54,571 nt of DNA from Octopus bimaculoides. Lineage: Eukaryota. The translations under genes were made by a program, and so were the position numbers. The first letter of the stretch is position 1. Each line of letters starts with the position of its first letter. The stretch lies in NCBI RefSeq assembly GCF_001194135.2, contig NC_068987.1, positions 104,687,233-104,741,803 of the forward strand, written 5' to 3'. Below the pieces are notes generated by a model that was not told the DNA's origin, searched no databases, and was given only the letters and a program-made list of their open reading frames with translations. Below, in pieces: positions 12,507 through 25,700 of the stretch.

Positions 12507-12713
12507 TTTCTATTCTAGGCACAAAGCTCAATATTTAGTGAGAGGGGGCCAGTCGATTAGACCGACTCCAGTACGCAACTGGTACTTATCGACTCCGAAA
12601 GGATGAAAGACAAAGTCGACCTAGGCGGAATTTGAACTCAGAACATAAAGACAGACGCATTACCGCAAAGCATTTCGCCCAGCGTGCTAACGTTCCTCCC
12701 TGCTTGCCACCTT
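12507..12713 (-). mobile_element. tRNA-headed SINE family A (ggcggcgagctggcagaa... type)
   Basis: Contains ttctgagttcaaattccgcc (box B) and gtcgactttgcctttcatcctttcgg shared by more than ten copies in the window. Confidence 0.8.
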
Positions 12714-12937
12714 AGCTAGTTCATGGATATTATACACCAACTGATTCCGAACGACTCACTGAGATTTTCCCAACGTACACATTGTCCGTAATGGATCTTA
12801 ATGCTACACTGAAAACTTAACGAAAAATCGCTTCGCTTTATGGGTTATAATTTTTTTTCTTTTTTTTTTTTTCTTTTTTTTTTTCAACCTGTTACATTGT
12901 ACCTTGTGCTATATATTGCAATAAATGATAGAAATAC

Positions 12938-13028
12938 CAAGGCAACAAGCTGGCAGAAACGTTAGCACGCCGGGCGAAGTTCTTAGCCGTATTTCGTTTG
13001 TCTTTATGTTCTGAGTTCAAATTCCGCC
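12938..13028 (+). mobile_element. SINE family A, 5' part cut by a gap
   Basis: gctggcagaaacgttagcacgccgggcgaa...gttctgagttcaaattccgcc followed by Ns. Confidence 0.8.
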
Positions 13029-14025
13029 NNNNNNNNNNNNNNNNNNNNNNNNNNNNNNNNNNNNNNNNNNNNNNNNNNNNNNNNNNNNNNNNNNNNNNNN
13101 NNNNNNNNNNNNNNNNNNNNNNNNNNNNNNNNNNNNNNNNNNNNNNNNNNNNNNNNNNNNNNNNNNNNNNNNNNNNNNNNNNNNNNNNNNNNNNNNNNNN
13201 NNNNNNNNNNNNNNNNNNNNNNNNNNNNNNNNNNNNNNNNNNNNNNNNNNNNNNNNNNNNNNNNNNNNNNNNNNNNNNNNNNNNNNNNNNNNNNNNNNNN
13301 NNNNNNNNNNNNNNNNNNNNNNNNNNNNNNNNNNNNNNNNNNNNNNNNNNNNNNNNNNNNNNNNNNNNNNNNNNNNNNNNNNNNNNNNNNNNNNNNNNNN
13401 NNNNNNNNNNNNNNNNNNNNNNNNNNNNNNNNNNNNNNNNNNNNNNNNNNNNNNNNNNNNNNNNNNNNNNNNNNNNNNNNNNNNNNNNNNNNNNNNNNNN
13501 NNNNNNNNNNNNNNNNNNNNNNNNNNNNNNNNNNNNNNNNNNNNNNNNNNACTAGGCTTTAAAAATAAGTCTTCTGGTCGATTCCTCTTACTAAGGGCTT
13601 GAAGGCTGTGCTCCAGCATGGCCTCAGTCAAATAAAAGAATATAAGTGTGTGTGTAAGAACCTTTATAAGTACATGTATATATGTGTATATATAAAATAT
13701 ATAGTTTTAGGGAAAATAACCAAGTTTCAAGAACTCATCGATGAAAATCCACCATCACATATAGAAAAATTAATAATTAAAAGCACAATAAATGAGTAAT
13801 AAGTTTCAAAATATATTCCTTTCTAGATGGGATGGGGATATCCTTCAAAGATGAATTCCAAAACAGTGCCTCAATCCTACCTGTAAATTCCATAATCAAC
13901 GAAAAATTGATATAATATATAATATATATATACACATTTATATATACATATGTAGGCGTACGTACGTATGTCACACTGCACCGCATATACTTACGTGCAT
14001 AAAGTTACGTACACGCACACACACA

Positions 14026-14104
<79 letters not shown>

Positions 14105-14379
14105 GATACATATACATACATGTATACACAGCAACAGAAAGTTCTCGGTCATGTATAGAATTCATAAAAGAATAATAATGAAAATAAAGAAAAGATAAGT
14201 TAGAAAAATTAATTAATAAGAAATCCCGTTTTTTTTCGAACTTTCGTAAAGGAAGAAAGAAGAAAAGAAAGTACCGGAAATAAGGGGGGATTCTCGAATC
14301 TAGAGATTTTATACCATCCTGTGGTGGTTTTACAAGAAATTGTTTTTTTCTGTGGTCATTTCATTATTTCGTGAAGCAG

Positions 14380-15270
14380 TGTTATTTAAGACAGGAATTT
14401 TTTTTATATATAAAATGTCTATTTTAAACGTTATAGCGGATCGTCCGTGAAGCATTATTAGATAATAAATTTTGGAATTTGCTCTTCCAGCAAATTTGTA
14501 AATGCCTGTTTAGATGGAATTTCCTTGGTTACAGATTGCGTATTTGTTGCTTATGTATCCTCTCTTGTTCCCATAGGGAGCTTCCAGTTTGGCTGATGTG
14601 ATTTTTCACACATTATGACGTGTTATGCAATACATATGATCTCTTGTTTTCCAGGTCATGTCTGCGTTTATCTTGAAAAATCATCCATTTATGAATTTTA
14701 TCTTGGTGCTAGTTTTTAAATGGTTGAAATTTTCATTAATGTATATTCTGCCATCAGTAATCACCACCAACTTTTAAACTTATTACATAAAATTCTGGGT
14801 TATTTTCTGAAATGAATTTTGCCCCTGTGAGATATTTTTTAAGACCATTTGGCTGACGATTGCGGTTGAGGGCTGGGCTTTCGAAGATCCAGTTCTTCAT
14901 TTTCGTGTTTGGAAAAAGGCTGGTAGATTTGTTTTGATAGAAGTGAATATTCATATTCTTGGGTCATAAGTCTTGATAAACGAGAATACGTTCCCTTCAA
15001 GTTTTGTTTTGGAGTCCTAAGTCTAGATATATTCTGCATCTTTGCTTAATATAATCCCATTGTCTATTAATTCCAGGAGATATTTTTACAGTTTTATAAA
15101 ATTTCTCAGTTCTTCTTTTTGCATTTGTTGTACTTCTGGCTTATTGTAGGTCTGGATTAACGACTGCTCATAAATTCATCTTGCAATACAGTATTAGATC
15201 TATGATGTGCTATGGGTAAAAAATTTTAATATTGGTGTGTATCAGGATACTACTTTCTTTGTGAATTTAA
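14380..15270 (-). mobile_element. Penelope-like element fragment (RT thumb/linker plus GIY-YIG endonuclease), decayed
   Basis: Translation includes DTHQY*NF, IDNGI, VFSFIKTYDPR, then YCIT..N HISQTGSSLWEQERIHKQQIRN...RHLQIC...HFIYKKIPVLN, matching the PLE GIY-YIG layout (IY..YIGQTG..L..R..H..HF..E..FI..P.LN). Confidence 0.75.
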
Positions 15271-15774
15271 TGGAGGTAAGTGAGTGTTTAAGATGCAATG
15301 AAATGTAATTCATTTTCTCAGCTCTTCCACTCACACCCATCCACACACATAGATCTTGCATGATAATGCATGAAAATATTTCAATAGACCCAAAATTCTT
15401 TAATACAAATTTTAAATTTTTACCTTAAATTTTCGCTCTTTGACTTGTAGTCATAATTGAAAAAAATGTTCACCTCTCTTTTAAAGAAGTCCTAGACAAC
15501 ACAAAGAAAAAAACAAAGTAAAAAGAAATTATGTTGTATTTCCTGGCTTTAAGGGAATCGTTGGGTCCTTGTGGGAGGCTCAAACTTCCGAGTTCTTTTA
15601 CAGAGTTTACAAAAACTGAGGGACCGCTGTAATAAGTGTGTAAATCTGAGAGAGGAATGTTGAATAAAATCACAATTAACTGATCTTCCTGTTTTCCTTT
15701 ACCCAAAACCAGGAACGTTTAAGCACCCTCTCGTTTACACACTCACACATACAGACACACACATACGCATATAC

Positions 15775-15807
<33 letters not shown>

Positions 15808-15808
<1 letters not shown>

Positions 15809-15950
15809 GACGGGTTTCCTTCAGTTTCCGTCTACCAAATCCACTCGCAAAACTTTGGTTCACCCGAAATTAAGTAGAAGACACTTGCCCAAGGTGCCAC
15901 GCAGTGGAACTTAACCCGGAACCATGTGGCTGGTAAGCAAGCTACTCTTA
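15808..15950 (-). mobile_element. 5' half of bipartite SINE adjoining (TA)n
   Basis: cttcagtttccgtctaccaaatccactcgc...gacacttgcccaaggtgccacgcagtggaacttaacccggaaccatgtgg. Confidence 0.8.
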
Positions 15951-16048
15951 GTTTTTTGCCCCTCTATATTTATCCCTATATATGTTTACATGTAAATATG
16001 TGTGTATTTATATTTATATATATACATTGTATATCTCTATGTAAGTAT

Positions 16049-16107
<59 letters not shown>

Positions 16108-16469
16108 ATTATTCATATGTGAAAAAATTGAAAACCACACATGTATGCACAAATATATGTTCGTGTATTTTAGTGCGGGGGTGGGGGGTGTTTGCATAAT
16201 TTCATTTTATGAATGAAAAGAATGCCATCTGCGCAAGGAATTGTAATTTATTACTTAACCGCTTGAAACTCAAGTACCAAGTGCATTAGAAATATCGCCC
16301 TTTGGTTTGTGAATATTTCAATGTTGAACAATTCATGTTGATAGCTGTCTAATTTAGATCTACTTGGGCGTTAGGGTTCTGATGCAACACATGTAGCGGG
16401 GGGGGGGGTAAAGTTTACCTGAGCATGAGTTGAAAATATCTAATATAATGTGCAGCATTATTCTACTAA

Positions 16470-16750
16470 TTTTATATGTCTGTACGTGCGTATGTATGTG
16501 TGGACGTATGTATGTATGTATGTATGTATGTATGTACAGATTGATGGACGGACGGACGGACGGACCGCTGAATGGAGGTGTGTACATACGCATATATATA
16601 TATATATAAATGCATGCTCGTATATATATATATACACACACACATACATACATACATAATTACACATACTACATGCATGTATGTATGTGTGCATGTGTGT
16701 ATGCATATATACATATATATACATAGACATACATATACATTGCACATAGA
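16470..16750. repeat. Compound (TGTA)n/(GGAC)n/(TA)n/(CATA)n microsatellite
   Basis: Visible simple repeats. Confidence 0.9.
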
Positions 16751-18264
16751 TATATGTTTATTCGCGTAAATGGTCGTATTTTCGAAGAACAATGGATTTA
16801 TTACTATTCTTCTCTTGGCTGTAGAATATATTTCTAATGCCTAATGACTATTTCTAATTTTCTGAAGCATTAGAATTAGTTTTTGTGAATCTAGTCTCTT
16901 CTTTAATAATACCCGCTTTCCTTATTTCGGTGGATTCAACAGATTGGTTTGTAGAGTGGCAGAGAAAATGCCTTGTGATATTTCAATATAGGCCTATACA
17001 TCGCAGCTTCAGTCCTTGTAGAAGGTTAATAATGTTTCTTTTATCCTTTTTGGTGTCAGTAAATAATTTCCAGTCAAGTTTTGAGTTCATAAACCGAGTT
17101 TATCCCTCCCACTAAATATCTGTCTTTGTGCCTATGTAAGATATCAGTTTTAACTACATTTGGTAAAGAATGGTGTATTTATTTCTATATTCAAATCCAG
17201 CCAAATCTCCCCCCCCCCTACCATCAATAACCACTTTTGGTGTTGATAAAAGAAAGTACTAGTGAAGTACTAGAGTCGATTCAATCCACTGGAACCACCT
17301 CCTGAAATGTTATAGCCCTATATATCAATGTATCAATGTTAAGAAGTAACATCATCCACACTGATTAAACAATAATGCTATATCTAGCGTCAGAGTTGTG
17401 ATGTGGTGTAATGAGGAGAAGTGTGAAACAGTAGTATACTGTGATAAATGATTGTTAGTATTACAGAACCTTTTTCTATGTCGTAAATGTAAGTCCACTC
17501 AGGGTGGGAGAGGTCGACTTTTATTGAACTGTTTGTATGAAAATATAAAAGGTTGTTCTCAATGTAACCACACAATATGGAAGAGACTCTAGCATATTTG
17601 TTCCTTATTGCCTGTTCTATCCTGTTCTTTTATTAACGTCCATTTTCTCTTGGCATCGTTCAACTTATCCATTTATCTTGTACAATGATACAATGATACA
17701 GAATTATCGATTCTAAACTAGACTTTCCAAAGTTCGAAATCTAACGTAACCACAGACGTGCGCGCATACACACACAAACACGTACACATACACATGTACA
17801 CATATACATGCATTCACACGTTCATAGACATACACAAGCGCATACATACACACACAGACACACACACACATGTACATATGTATACACGCACAAACGCACA
17901 TTTTCTTTACACATACATGTTCTCTTTCCTCTCTCTTACCCCCTCTTTCTCTTACTCCCTCTCTCTCTCTCTCTCTCTCTCGTCTTTAATTTCTTTCTAA
18001 TTTCCTACTCCCTTGTTATCCACATTCTTCTCCCTACCACACATTCCTAATCAAGCCCGCATACGTATTTAAAAAGTTGACAATGACACACAAACATGCA
18101 GACACGCACATGTTCAAACGCACACACACACAACACACACGCACACACACACACACATACACACACGCACACATACACACACACACACTTTCTTTCACAC
18201 AAATACACACATATGCTCTCTCAGAAATACACACATACATACATACATGGACTTTAGTTTGCAG

Positions 18265-18511
18265 GTGTACAAGGAATAAGAATAAAGCCGAGTAGTGCCA
18301 GACGACGAAAGCTGCAAGGGCAACGAAGCAGCCAGCCTGACTGGTGCACAGCACACTCTGTCGACTGCAATCGATTAATCATTCCTGTACACTTCGCAAG
18401 GGTTATTGTGGCAGCAGTTTGACTCTCCTACCAGTATACGGACACCAAACTTTTCTTCCGACTAGTCATTGTTCAGCACTTGTCTCCTTCTGATAGGAAA
18501 GGGCAGTGCAG
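18265..18511 (+). other. Candidate internal exon (247 nt) of an unknown transcript; one in-frame TGA
   Basis: Acceptor tttagtttgcAG at 18263-18264, donor AG|GTAACT at 18512, GC-elevated non-repeat block. Frame from 18267 is open to the donor except TGA at 18420-18422. Confidence 0.25.
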
Positions 18512-18737
18512 GTAACTTATAGACATTTATTTTCCATACGGCTGCCTGTCTTCTTCCTCTGTATGAAATCAATGTATTATCATACGTAGTTGGAAATATT
18601 TGCCATAGCTTCATTCATTGTGTATGTTGTCTTATCTTTTCTCGCGAAAATGCAGTTCCCTTTTTTCTTTTTATGAGCACCGGTTTAAGAAATTGAATTA
18701 AAAAAATATTACAATATACGTATTCGGAAATCATATA

Positions 18738-18771
<34 letters not shown>

Positions 18772-19094
18772 NNNNNNNNNNNNNNNNNNNNNNNNNNNNN
18801 NNNNNNNNNNNNNNNNNNNNNNNNNNNNNNNNNNNNNNNNNNNNNNNNNNNNNNNNNNNNNNNNNNNNNNNNNNNNNNNNNNNNNNNNNNNNNNNNNNNN
18901 NNNNNNNNNNNNNNNNNNNNNNNNNNNNNNNNNNNNNNNNNNNNNNNNNNNNNNNNNNNNNNNNNNNNNNNNNNNNNNNNNNNNNNNNNNNNNNNNNNNN
19001 NNNNNNNNNNNNNNNNNNNNNNNNNNNNNNNNNNNNNNNNNNNNNNNNNNNNNNNNNNNNNNNNNNNNNNNNNNNNNNNNNNNNNNNNNNNNNN

Positions 19095-19128
<34 letters not shown>

Positions 19129-19205
19129 GGACAGATAGACATATACATGTAAATGTAGGTATGTGCATATATGTATGTATACATGCATATGCTCATATAT
19201 CATTT

Positions 19206-19276
<71 letters not shown>

Positions 19277-19689
19277 TGGAGAAATTATAGAAAATATATA
19301 AGTGAATGATGAGTAAAGCACCAGTACAGCTTCGATTACCTGTTATCATCCGTAGATTGTAGGAACTTCATAATGGCAGTTGAGATAATAGTATTAATAA
19401 AATAGGTGGGAAAAAAAGATTATTCACCTCACAAATAGACTCCTCTCTGCTAATCCTTGGCACTGGTTTTCTTTCTCACTTAAACCAAGAAAGAAAAAGA
19501 AAATTGGAAGCCAGCAAGCATCGCAGAGGACGTGTGTGTAAGGGGTTGATTGATAAAAGCCCTACAGACATCCAAAGAACCATTACACCGTAGGAAAATG
19601 CCTTGGAGACCTCAGGACCTGATTGCTATCGACTAAACCCGTCCCCTAACAAACTGCTGACCTAATTCCTAACTTAAAAGCCATTATTA

Positions 19690-19725
<36 letters not shown>

Positions 19726-19763
19726 GATGATGATGATCATCATCATCATCATCATCATCATTT

Positions 19764-19935
19764 AAGGCAGCGAACTGGCAGAATCGTTACAACACCCGAA
19801 CAAACTGCTCAGTGGCATTTCGTCCGTCTTTACGCTCAAATACCCACGAGGTCGATGATTACCATTTGACCCCTGGGGTTGATGTAATCAATTTGTCCCC
19901 AAAATTTCTGGCCTCAGTAAAAAGGATTATTATTA
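19764..19935 (+). mobile_element. SINE family A, internally deleted
   Basis: aaggcagcgaactggcagaatcgtta...gaggtcga...ccccaaaatttctggcct tail. Confidence 0.7.
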
Positions 19936-20105
19936 TTGACATAAGTATTTATCTAAAGCAGGCTTACAGCTGTGTGTTTTTGTCAACGTTCGTTTTAAAC
20001 CTCACATTAAATAGTAGATACTATGGTTAAATCGCGTTTTCTCCGCCATCCTCTCTCTCTCTGTCTCTCTCTCTGTCTCTCTCTCTGTCTCTCTCTCTCT
20101 CTCTC

Positions 20106-20169
<64 letters not shown>

Positions 20170-20170
20170 G

Positions 20171-20251
20171 GAAAGCCACTTGGAATTATTCTAACTAGAC
20201 GTGTGTCTAGTTAGAATAGAGGCAGCTGATGAATAATTCCAAGTGGCTTTC
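20171..20251. repeat. Nested inverted repeats (21-bp outer, 14-bp inner)
   Basis: 20171-20191 pairs perfectly with 20231-20251; 20187-20200 pairs perfectly with 20205-20218 around a GTGT loop. Confidence 0.9.
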
Positions 20252-20436
20252 TGTTTTCCTATGTGTTCGTTCCGTTGTCTGTAGTTCATTGTTCTAACGT
20301 CCTGTACCCTGATATGCATCTATATACACATGTAGATGTAAGTATATACATATATGTGTGTATACATGCATATATATTCTTTGTATTATTAGATCATTGA
20401 ACGCACACGTCCTTTTTGCAAGCAAGACTGTACTTC

Positions 20437-20483
<47 letters not shown>

Positions 20484-20578
20484 NNNNNNNNNNNNNNNNN
20501 NNNNNNNNNNNNNNNNNNNNNNNNNNNNNNNNNNNNNNNNNNNNNNNNNNNNNNNNNNNNNNNNNNNNNNNNNNNNNN

Positions 20579-20626
<48 letters not shown>

Positions 20627-21057
20627 GGCATAGGGAATTTGAATCCGAGCAGGAATTTTATTAGCCGTCTGATGTAATCCAGATCTGTCTGACCACATCG
20701 AATGATAAGGGACATACAGAAGTAAGATATGTAATTTCGCTGCTGTTCACTCGATAGGTAAATCCTGGATTTGCTTCACTGGATTTCACGCAGTATACAC
20801 TGTGTATGATCAAGACACCATAAAGGAAAATGGAGAATTATACATCTTCAAAAGTTATGATGTACATGTAATGAATAGGTAATGCATAGAAGGAAGAGTC
20901 TGCGGTGCATGGTACTAAAGTGATAAAGACTCCGATAAAACGAAGTTAGACCGTAACTAGATTGATGGTTACTGAGAAGTATGATAGGTGGACATATTAC
21001 ACGTGATGACGATAGGGCAGACGTTTGTAGGTTCAAGAGCTTCCCATTCCGGGAGTA

Positions 21058-21149
<92 letters not shown>

Positions 21150-21398
21150 TACAAGTTTATGTACATGGTTTACAAGATTCTTGATGTGAATACGCTCTTT
21201 AAAACTGATTTTGTCGTGTCTCGAGAAGGTCATTAAGCCAATAATAAATACACGCACTGGTTCTATTTCACTTTTATTATCATTTGTTAATTAGTTAATG
21301 GTTAACTAGTTGACTGATAGTAATAAAAGAATTAAAATAGAACCGGTATGTGTGTTTATCACTGTTATAATGAAACTCACGAGATATAACAGTCACAG

Positions 21399-21443
<45 letters not shown>

Positions 21444-22139
21444 TTTTAATAAACTAAGATATTTCAACAATAACATATCAAGGTCAAGTTCACTTCACCT
21501 GTATTTCATTGGTCGTTGAGAATTAGAATTGAGAATATGATATCAGCTTTTCTAATATTCAGTTTGCCACAATGTTGTGAAGAAAAAAATCCGTTTATAC
21601 CTTAATTATTGTTTCAGTCCTAAAAATCTATAACGGCATCCATTAGGCTTTTCAGCTACCAAACAAATAAAATCTAGAATTATTTAAGTCCCATGTCTTA
21701 TAGCACTTCCACTTTCATAAAACTTCTTTCAGCTTTATGCATCAGCAATGTACAGTCGGTTGATATGTTGATGTTATAGGATCTTGTTTAACCCCACATA
21801 AGACCCCTGGTCGAGTAATTTTCTTTTTTTTTTAGTCAGTTAGCTATGAGGGAAACGTATTTGTTTTTTTTCTTACAGATTCAGGAATTACGTAGAAACT
21901 TCATTGCTAATCGTTGATTTTGCTAAGTCCCCGGTAAACCTCTTTCCTAACAAATCTATAAAACAAAGTGCCCCACACAATATTATTCCTATTTTTTCTT
22001 TTTTTTTTCTGAACACACCATATTATCCAGTACTACATTCTGCGATGTGTACTTCCCTTTTCAAGACAGCATGGTGTAATATGAAGACAAAATAGCTGTG
22101 GTATCTAGCAAGATGAGTGATAGTTTGTTGTTCCTTGTT

Positions 22140-22345
22140 GACTGTTGTTATTGCAACTGCTGCTGCTGCTGCAGCTGTTCCTTAATCCCACGTTAGAACT
22201 GATCGAGAAAAAGGTATGACCAAAGGCCTTCCGACCGTGATATTCTTTCCCCACCACCCAGACAATATATCAAGGACTACATTATCCAATATGTCCGTTT
22301 TTAAGAAGATAGGAAATAATTTCAAGGAAGCCGATGGATATTTCG
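22140..22345 (-). mobile_element. Old SINE-like repeat family E with (CAA/CAG)n tail
   Basis: actacattatccaatatgtcc...tttttaagaagatag is the reverse-complement counterpart of copies at 31975-32385 and 45625-45790. Confidence 0.5.
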
Positions 22346-23337
22346 AAGTTGAGTGACCGCAGTGGAGTCCCTTTTTCGCCTTTTTGTTTTTATTCATTTA
22401 TTTATTTTACTAAACATTTCATAAGGTCTTAGTAGCTTCTTGGTTTGTGTTCCCGTCGTATGGTGTCAACTCAAGTTCACATCGAGTTCAGTCTAGTCCT
22501 CTCACGAGACTGAGATTTTAAAATGTTAATCCCTTTATGTTTAGAGAACTCAGTTCTGTTGTGGAGATTAAACTAACTGATCTGTAAAAGTATATTTTCG
22601 TTGTTTTTGATATTATTTCTTATCGAAAACAGTTAGTGGTTGTCTGTGTTTTAAAACATTCCATTGTAGTTGTATATATTGTCCCCTTAATCCATAGAGT
22701 CGGGTTTCTTGATGGTCCTGCAATCATGTAGTTTTTCTTCACACTACTATTTGCAATGACAAACTTGTAATTTGGTTGAAAATGGTTGATGTGTATAAGG
22801 AAAGCGTAGACTTTCCAGAGGTCTGCAGTTCAGAAAGAAAGGACTGAGTTAACTGTATATTAAGAGTGTGCAGTGGGAGTGCTGGGAGATGAAGAGCTGA
22901 CTATCATATGGTTTTGAATGGAAATGATAGTGGCATCCTATTTAGCAATTCAGTGAAGAAGCAGCCAGAGACTACATACAGCGCAACTGTTTGGACGCTG
23001 GTAATTTGGCACAGTTGACTGCGTTTTCAGCCTCTTTTGACGACAGTACTTTTTGGCGCTGGAGGCAAACCTGAGTGTGCAAAGAAATATATACAAACAG
23101 ATAGAATGAGAGACAGACAGACAAACAGTGACTTTACAATTTAATTGAATACGATTGTCATTAACACTTTCCCACTCCTCATATGCATAAAGAGAAATAT
23201 GCTCAGAGAGAGAGAGAGTAAGAGAGAGAGAGAGAGTAAGAGAGAGAGAGAGAGAGNNNNNNNNNNNNNNNNNNNNNNNNNNNNNNNNNNNNNNNNNNNN
23301 NNNNNNNNNNNNNNNNNNNNNNNNNNNNNNNNNNNNN

Positions 23338-23378
<41 letters not shown>

Positions 23379-24541
23379 TTAAAACGTTTGATGTCAAATA
23401 AGGCATCGTTGAATCAGTGACACCAAATAGGCGTCATCGAAACGGCTGTGCAAAAGCGTCTCATACTCTACATAAAAGAGTAGAGTCGACGTGAAATGGG
23501 AATCAGCACGTCAGTAACCCAATGGTTACAGCATGTTCAGAGTTGAAGATTTACTAAAAAATTAAAGTGTTTTTTTTCTCTTTTTATGACAATGGTCTAT
23601 GATGTTTGTATATGCAGAGGCTGTTTCGTTTCAGTTCAGTGTATCACTGTATCGACCAGACTATTGGATGTCGTAATACACACTACAGGTCACGATGCGT
23701 TTTAGTTATTTTCACAGTGATTAATGTCATCGCGCTTATATACCTTATAAAGGATCAGTGACTGTTGAGTGATGAAATACATTTTGCTCTGAAGAAGAAT
23801 TGCAGCCTTTTAGATCTAGTTACGATATTTTTAATGGTGTGTGAGCGCAATGAAAAGTTTACAAAGATGGCCGAACTTGGTATTTGTAAATCTTATGAAG
23901 GTTTTTATGGTGTATTGTTAATAAGTAAAGTAAGTATAGAATTTATAGGTCTATTTTCTTGTTATAATTGTAACTTATTAACAAGATGAAGGTAGATAAA
24001 ACGACAATAATGTTATAGATTCATTCATCTTAAAATATTCTGACAGAGTTGGCATATTTAGTCATGTTAGAATTACCTGACAATGGAAGATCCTATACTC
24101 CACGTTTATATGGTTCTTTTACGAAATTCTATCAGTTTTTCATTGAGACGACTGTGAGGAACATTATCAAATGCTTCTCTGCACCCATCTGAGCCTGTCA
24201 CTTAGCATTTGTGCTCTATGGTTAGCCGTTTTTACTCATCTGGTAAGATTTTTGCTTATATAAAGTTGTAACCGAGACCCATGTTAGGATTTCTAGGTAT
24301 CATATTAGTCAGAAATTACATGGTTTATTATTCTCAATGTTATTGTCAGTAGTTTCAAGTGAGTTTCTGCAACTCCACTTGCTACATCTCTTTTACATCA
24401 CTTATTTCTACAAAATATTTAACGTATTTCAATACACCTGCTATATTTTTGCTCTACTCTCCGGTTGGTATACGAACATCACTGTATATTTTGCAAAGCA
24501 GGTTTCGTATTATATGATTAAACTCTTTAGTCGCATGAAGG

Positions 24542-24572
<31 letters not shown>

Positions 24573-24847
24573 AAGGCGGCGTGCTGGCAGAATCGTTAGC
24601 ACGCTGAACGAAAAATGCTTAGTGGTATTTCGCCCGTCGCTCCGTTCTGAGTTCAAATTCCGCAGAGGTCGACTTTGCCTTTCATCCTTTCGGGGTCGAT
24701 AAATTAAGTGGCAGTGAAACACTGCGGTCGATGTAATCGAACGTCGCCATCCCCCAACTGTCAGGCCGTGTGCCTGTAGCTTGCTTACCAACCACATGGT
24801 TCCGGGTTCAGTCCCACTGCGTGGCACCTTGGGCAAGTGTCTTCTAC
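24573..24847 (+). mobile_element. SINE family A followed directly by the head of the bipartite SINE
   Basis: aaggcggcgtgctggcagaatcgttagc...gtcgactttgcctttcatcctttcggggtcgataaattaag, then gcttgcttaccaaccacatggttccgggttcagtcccactgcgtggcaccttgggcaagtgtcttctac. Confidence 0.85.
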
Positions 24848-25267
24848 NNNNNNNNNNNNNNNNNNNNNNNNNNNNNNNNNNNNNNNNNNNNNNNNNNNNN
24901 NNNNNNNNNNNNNNNNNNNNNNNNNNNNNNNNNNNNNNNNNNNNNNNNNNNNNNNNNNNNNNNNNNNNNNNNNNNNNNNNNNNNNNNNNNNNNNNNNNNN
25001 NNNNNNNNNNNNNNNNNNNNNNNNNNNNNNNNNNNNNNNNNNNNNNNNNNNNNNNNNNNNNNNNNNNNNNNNNNNNNNNNNNNNNNNNNNNNNNNNNNNN
25101 NNNNNNNNNNNNNNNNNNNNNNNNNNNNNNNNNNNNNNNNNNNNNNNNNNNNNNNNNNNNNNNNNNNNNNNNNNNNNNNNNNNNNNNNNNNNNNNNNNNN
25201 NNNNNNNNNNNNNNNNNNNNNNNNNNNNNNNNNNNNNNNNNNNNNNNNNNNNNNNNNNNNNNNNNNN

Positions 25268-25339
<72 letters not shown>

Positions 25340-25519
25340 TCCATACCCGTGGAGCAGACACCTTCAACATTAACAATACCAAATGTATTGAAAGCAACCT
25401 TTACTCAAGTTCGAACATTTTAGCAAATACTCAAAGATGTACCTGATAATGCTTGAATGGATCATGTCTCGAAGAGAGAGGTAAACGGGTGTATTCCCAC
25501 TATAAGATTCAACAATAAT

Positions 25520-25700
25520 AATTCTTTCTACCATAGACATAAGGCACACAATTTTGAGGTAGGGCCTGGGGCAATTACATCGACTCCTGTGCAGAAAGGA
25601 TGAAAGGCAATGTCCACCTCGGCCAAATTAGAATATAAAACCGGAAGAAATGCTGCTATGCAGTTTTTTCCGGCGCGGTAACGATTCTGCCAGCTCGCCT
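25520..25700 (-). mobile_element. SINE family A, diverged
   Basis: gaaaggatgaaaggcaatgtccacctcggc...ttctgccagctcgcct. Confidence 0.65.

Noticed and set aside
22981-23075. Possible 92-nt minus-strand exon (cactcAG...GTATGT)
   Set aside because: Short, two frames open, no recognisable protein; chance splice-like sites are expected.
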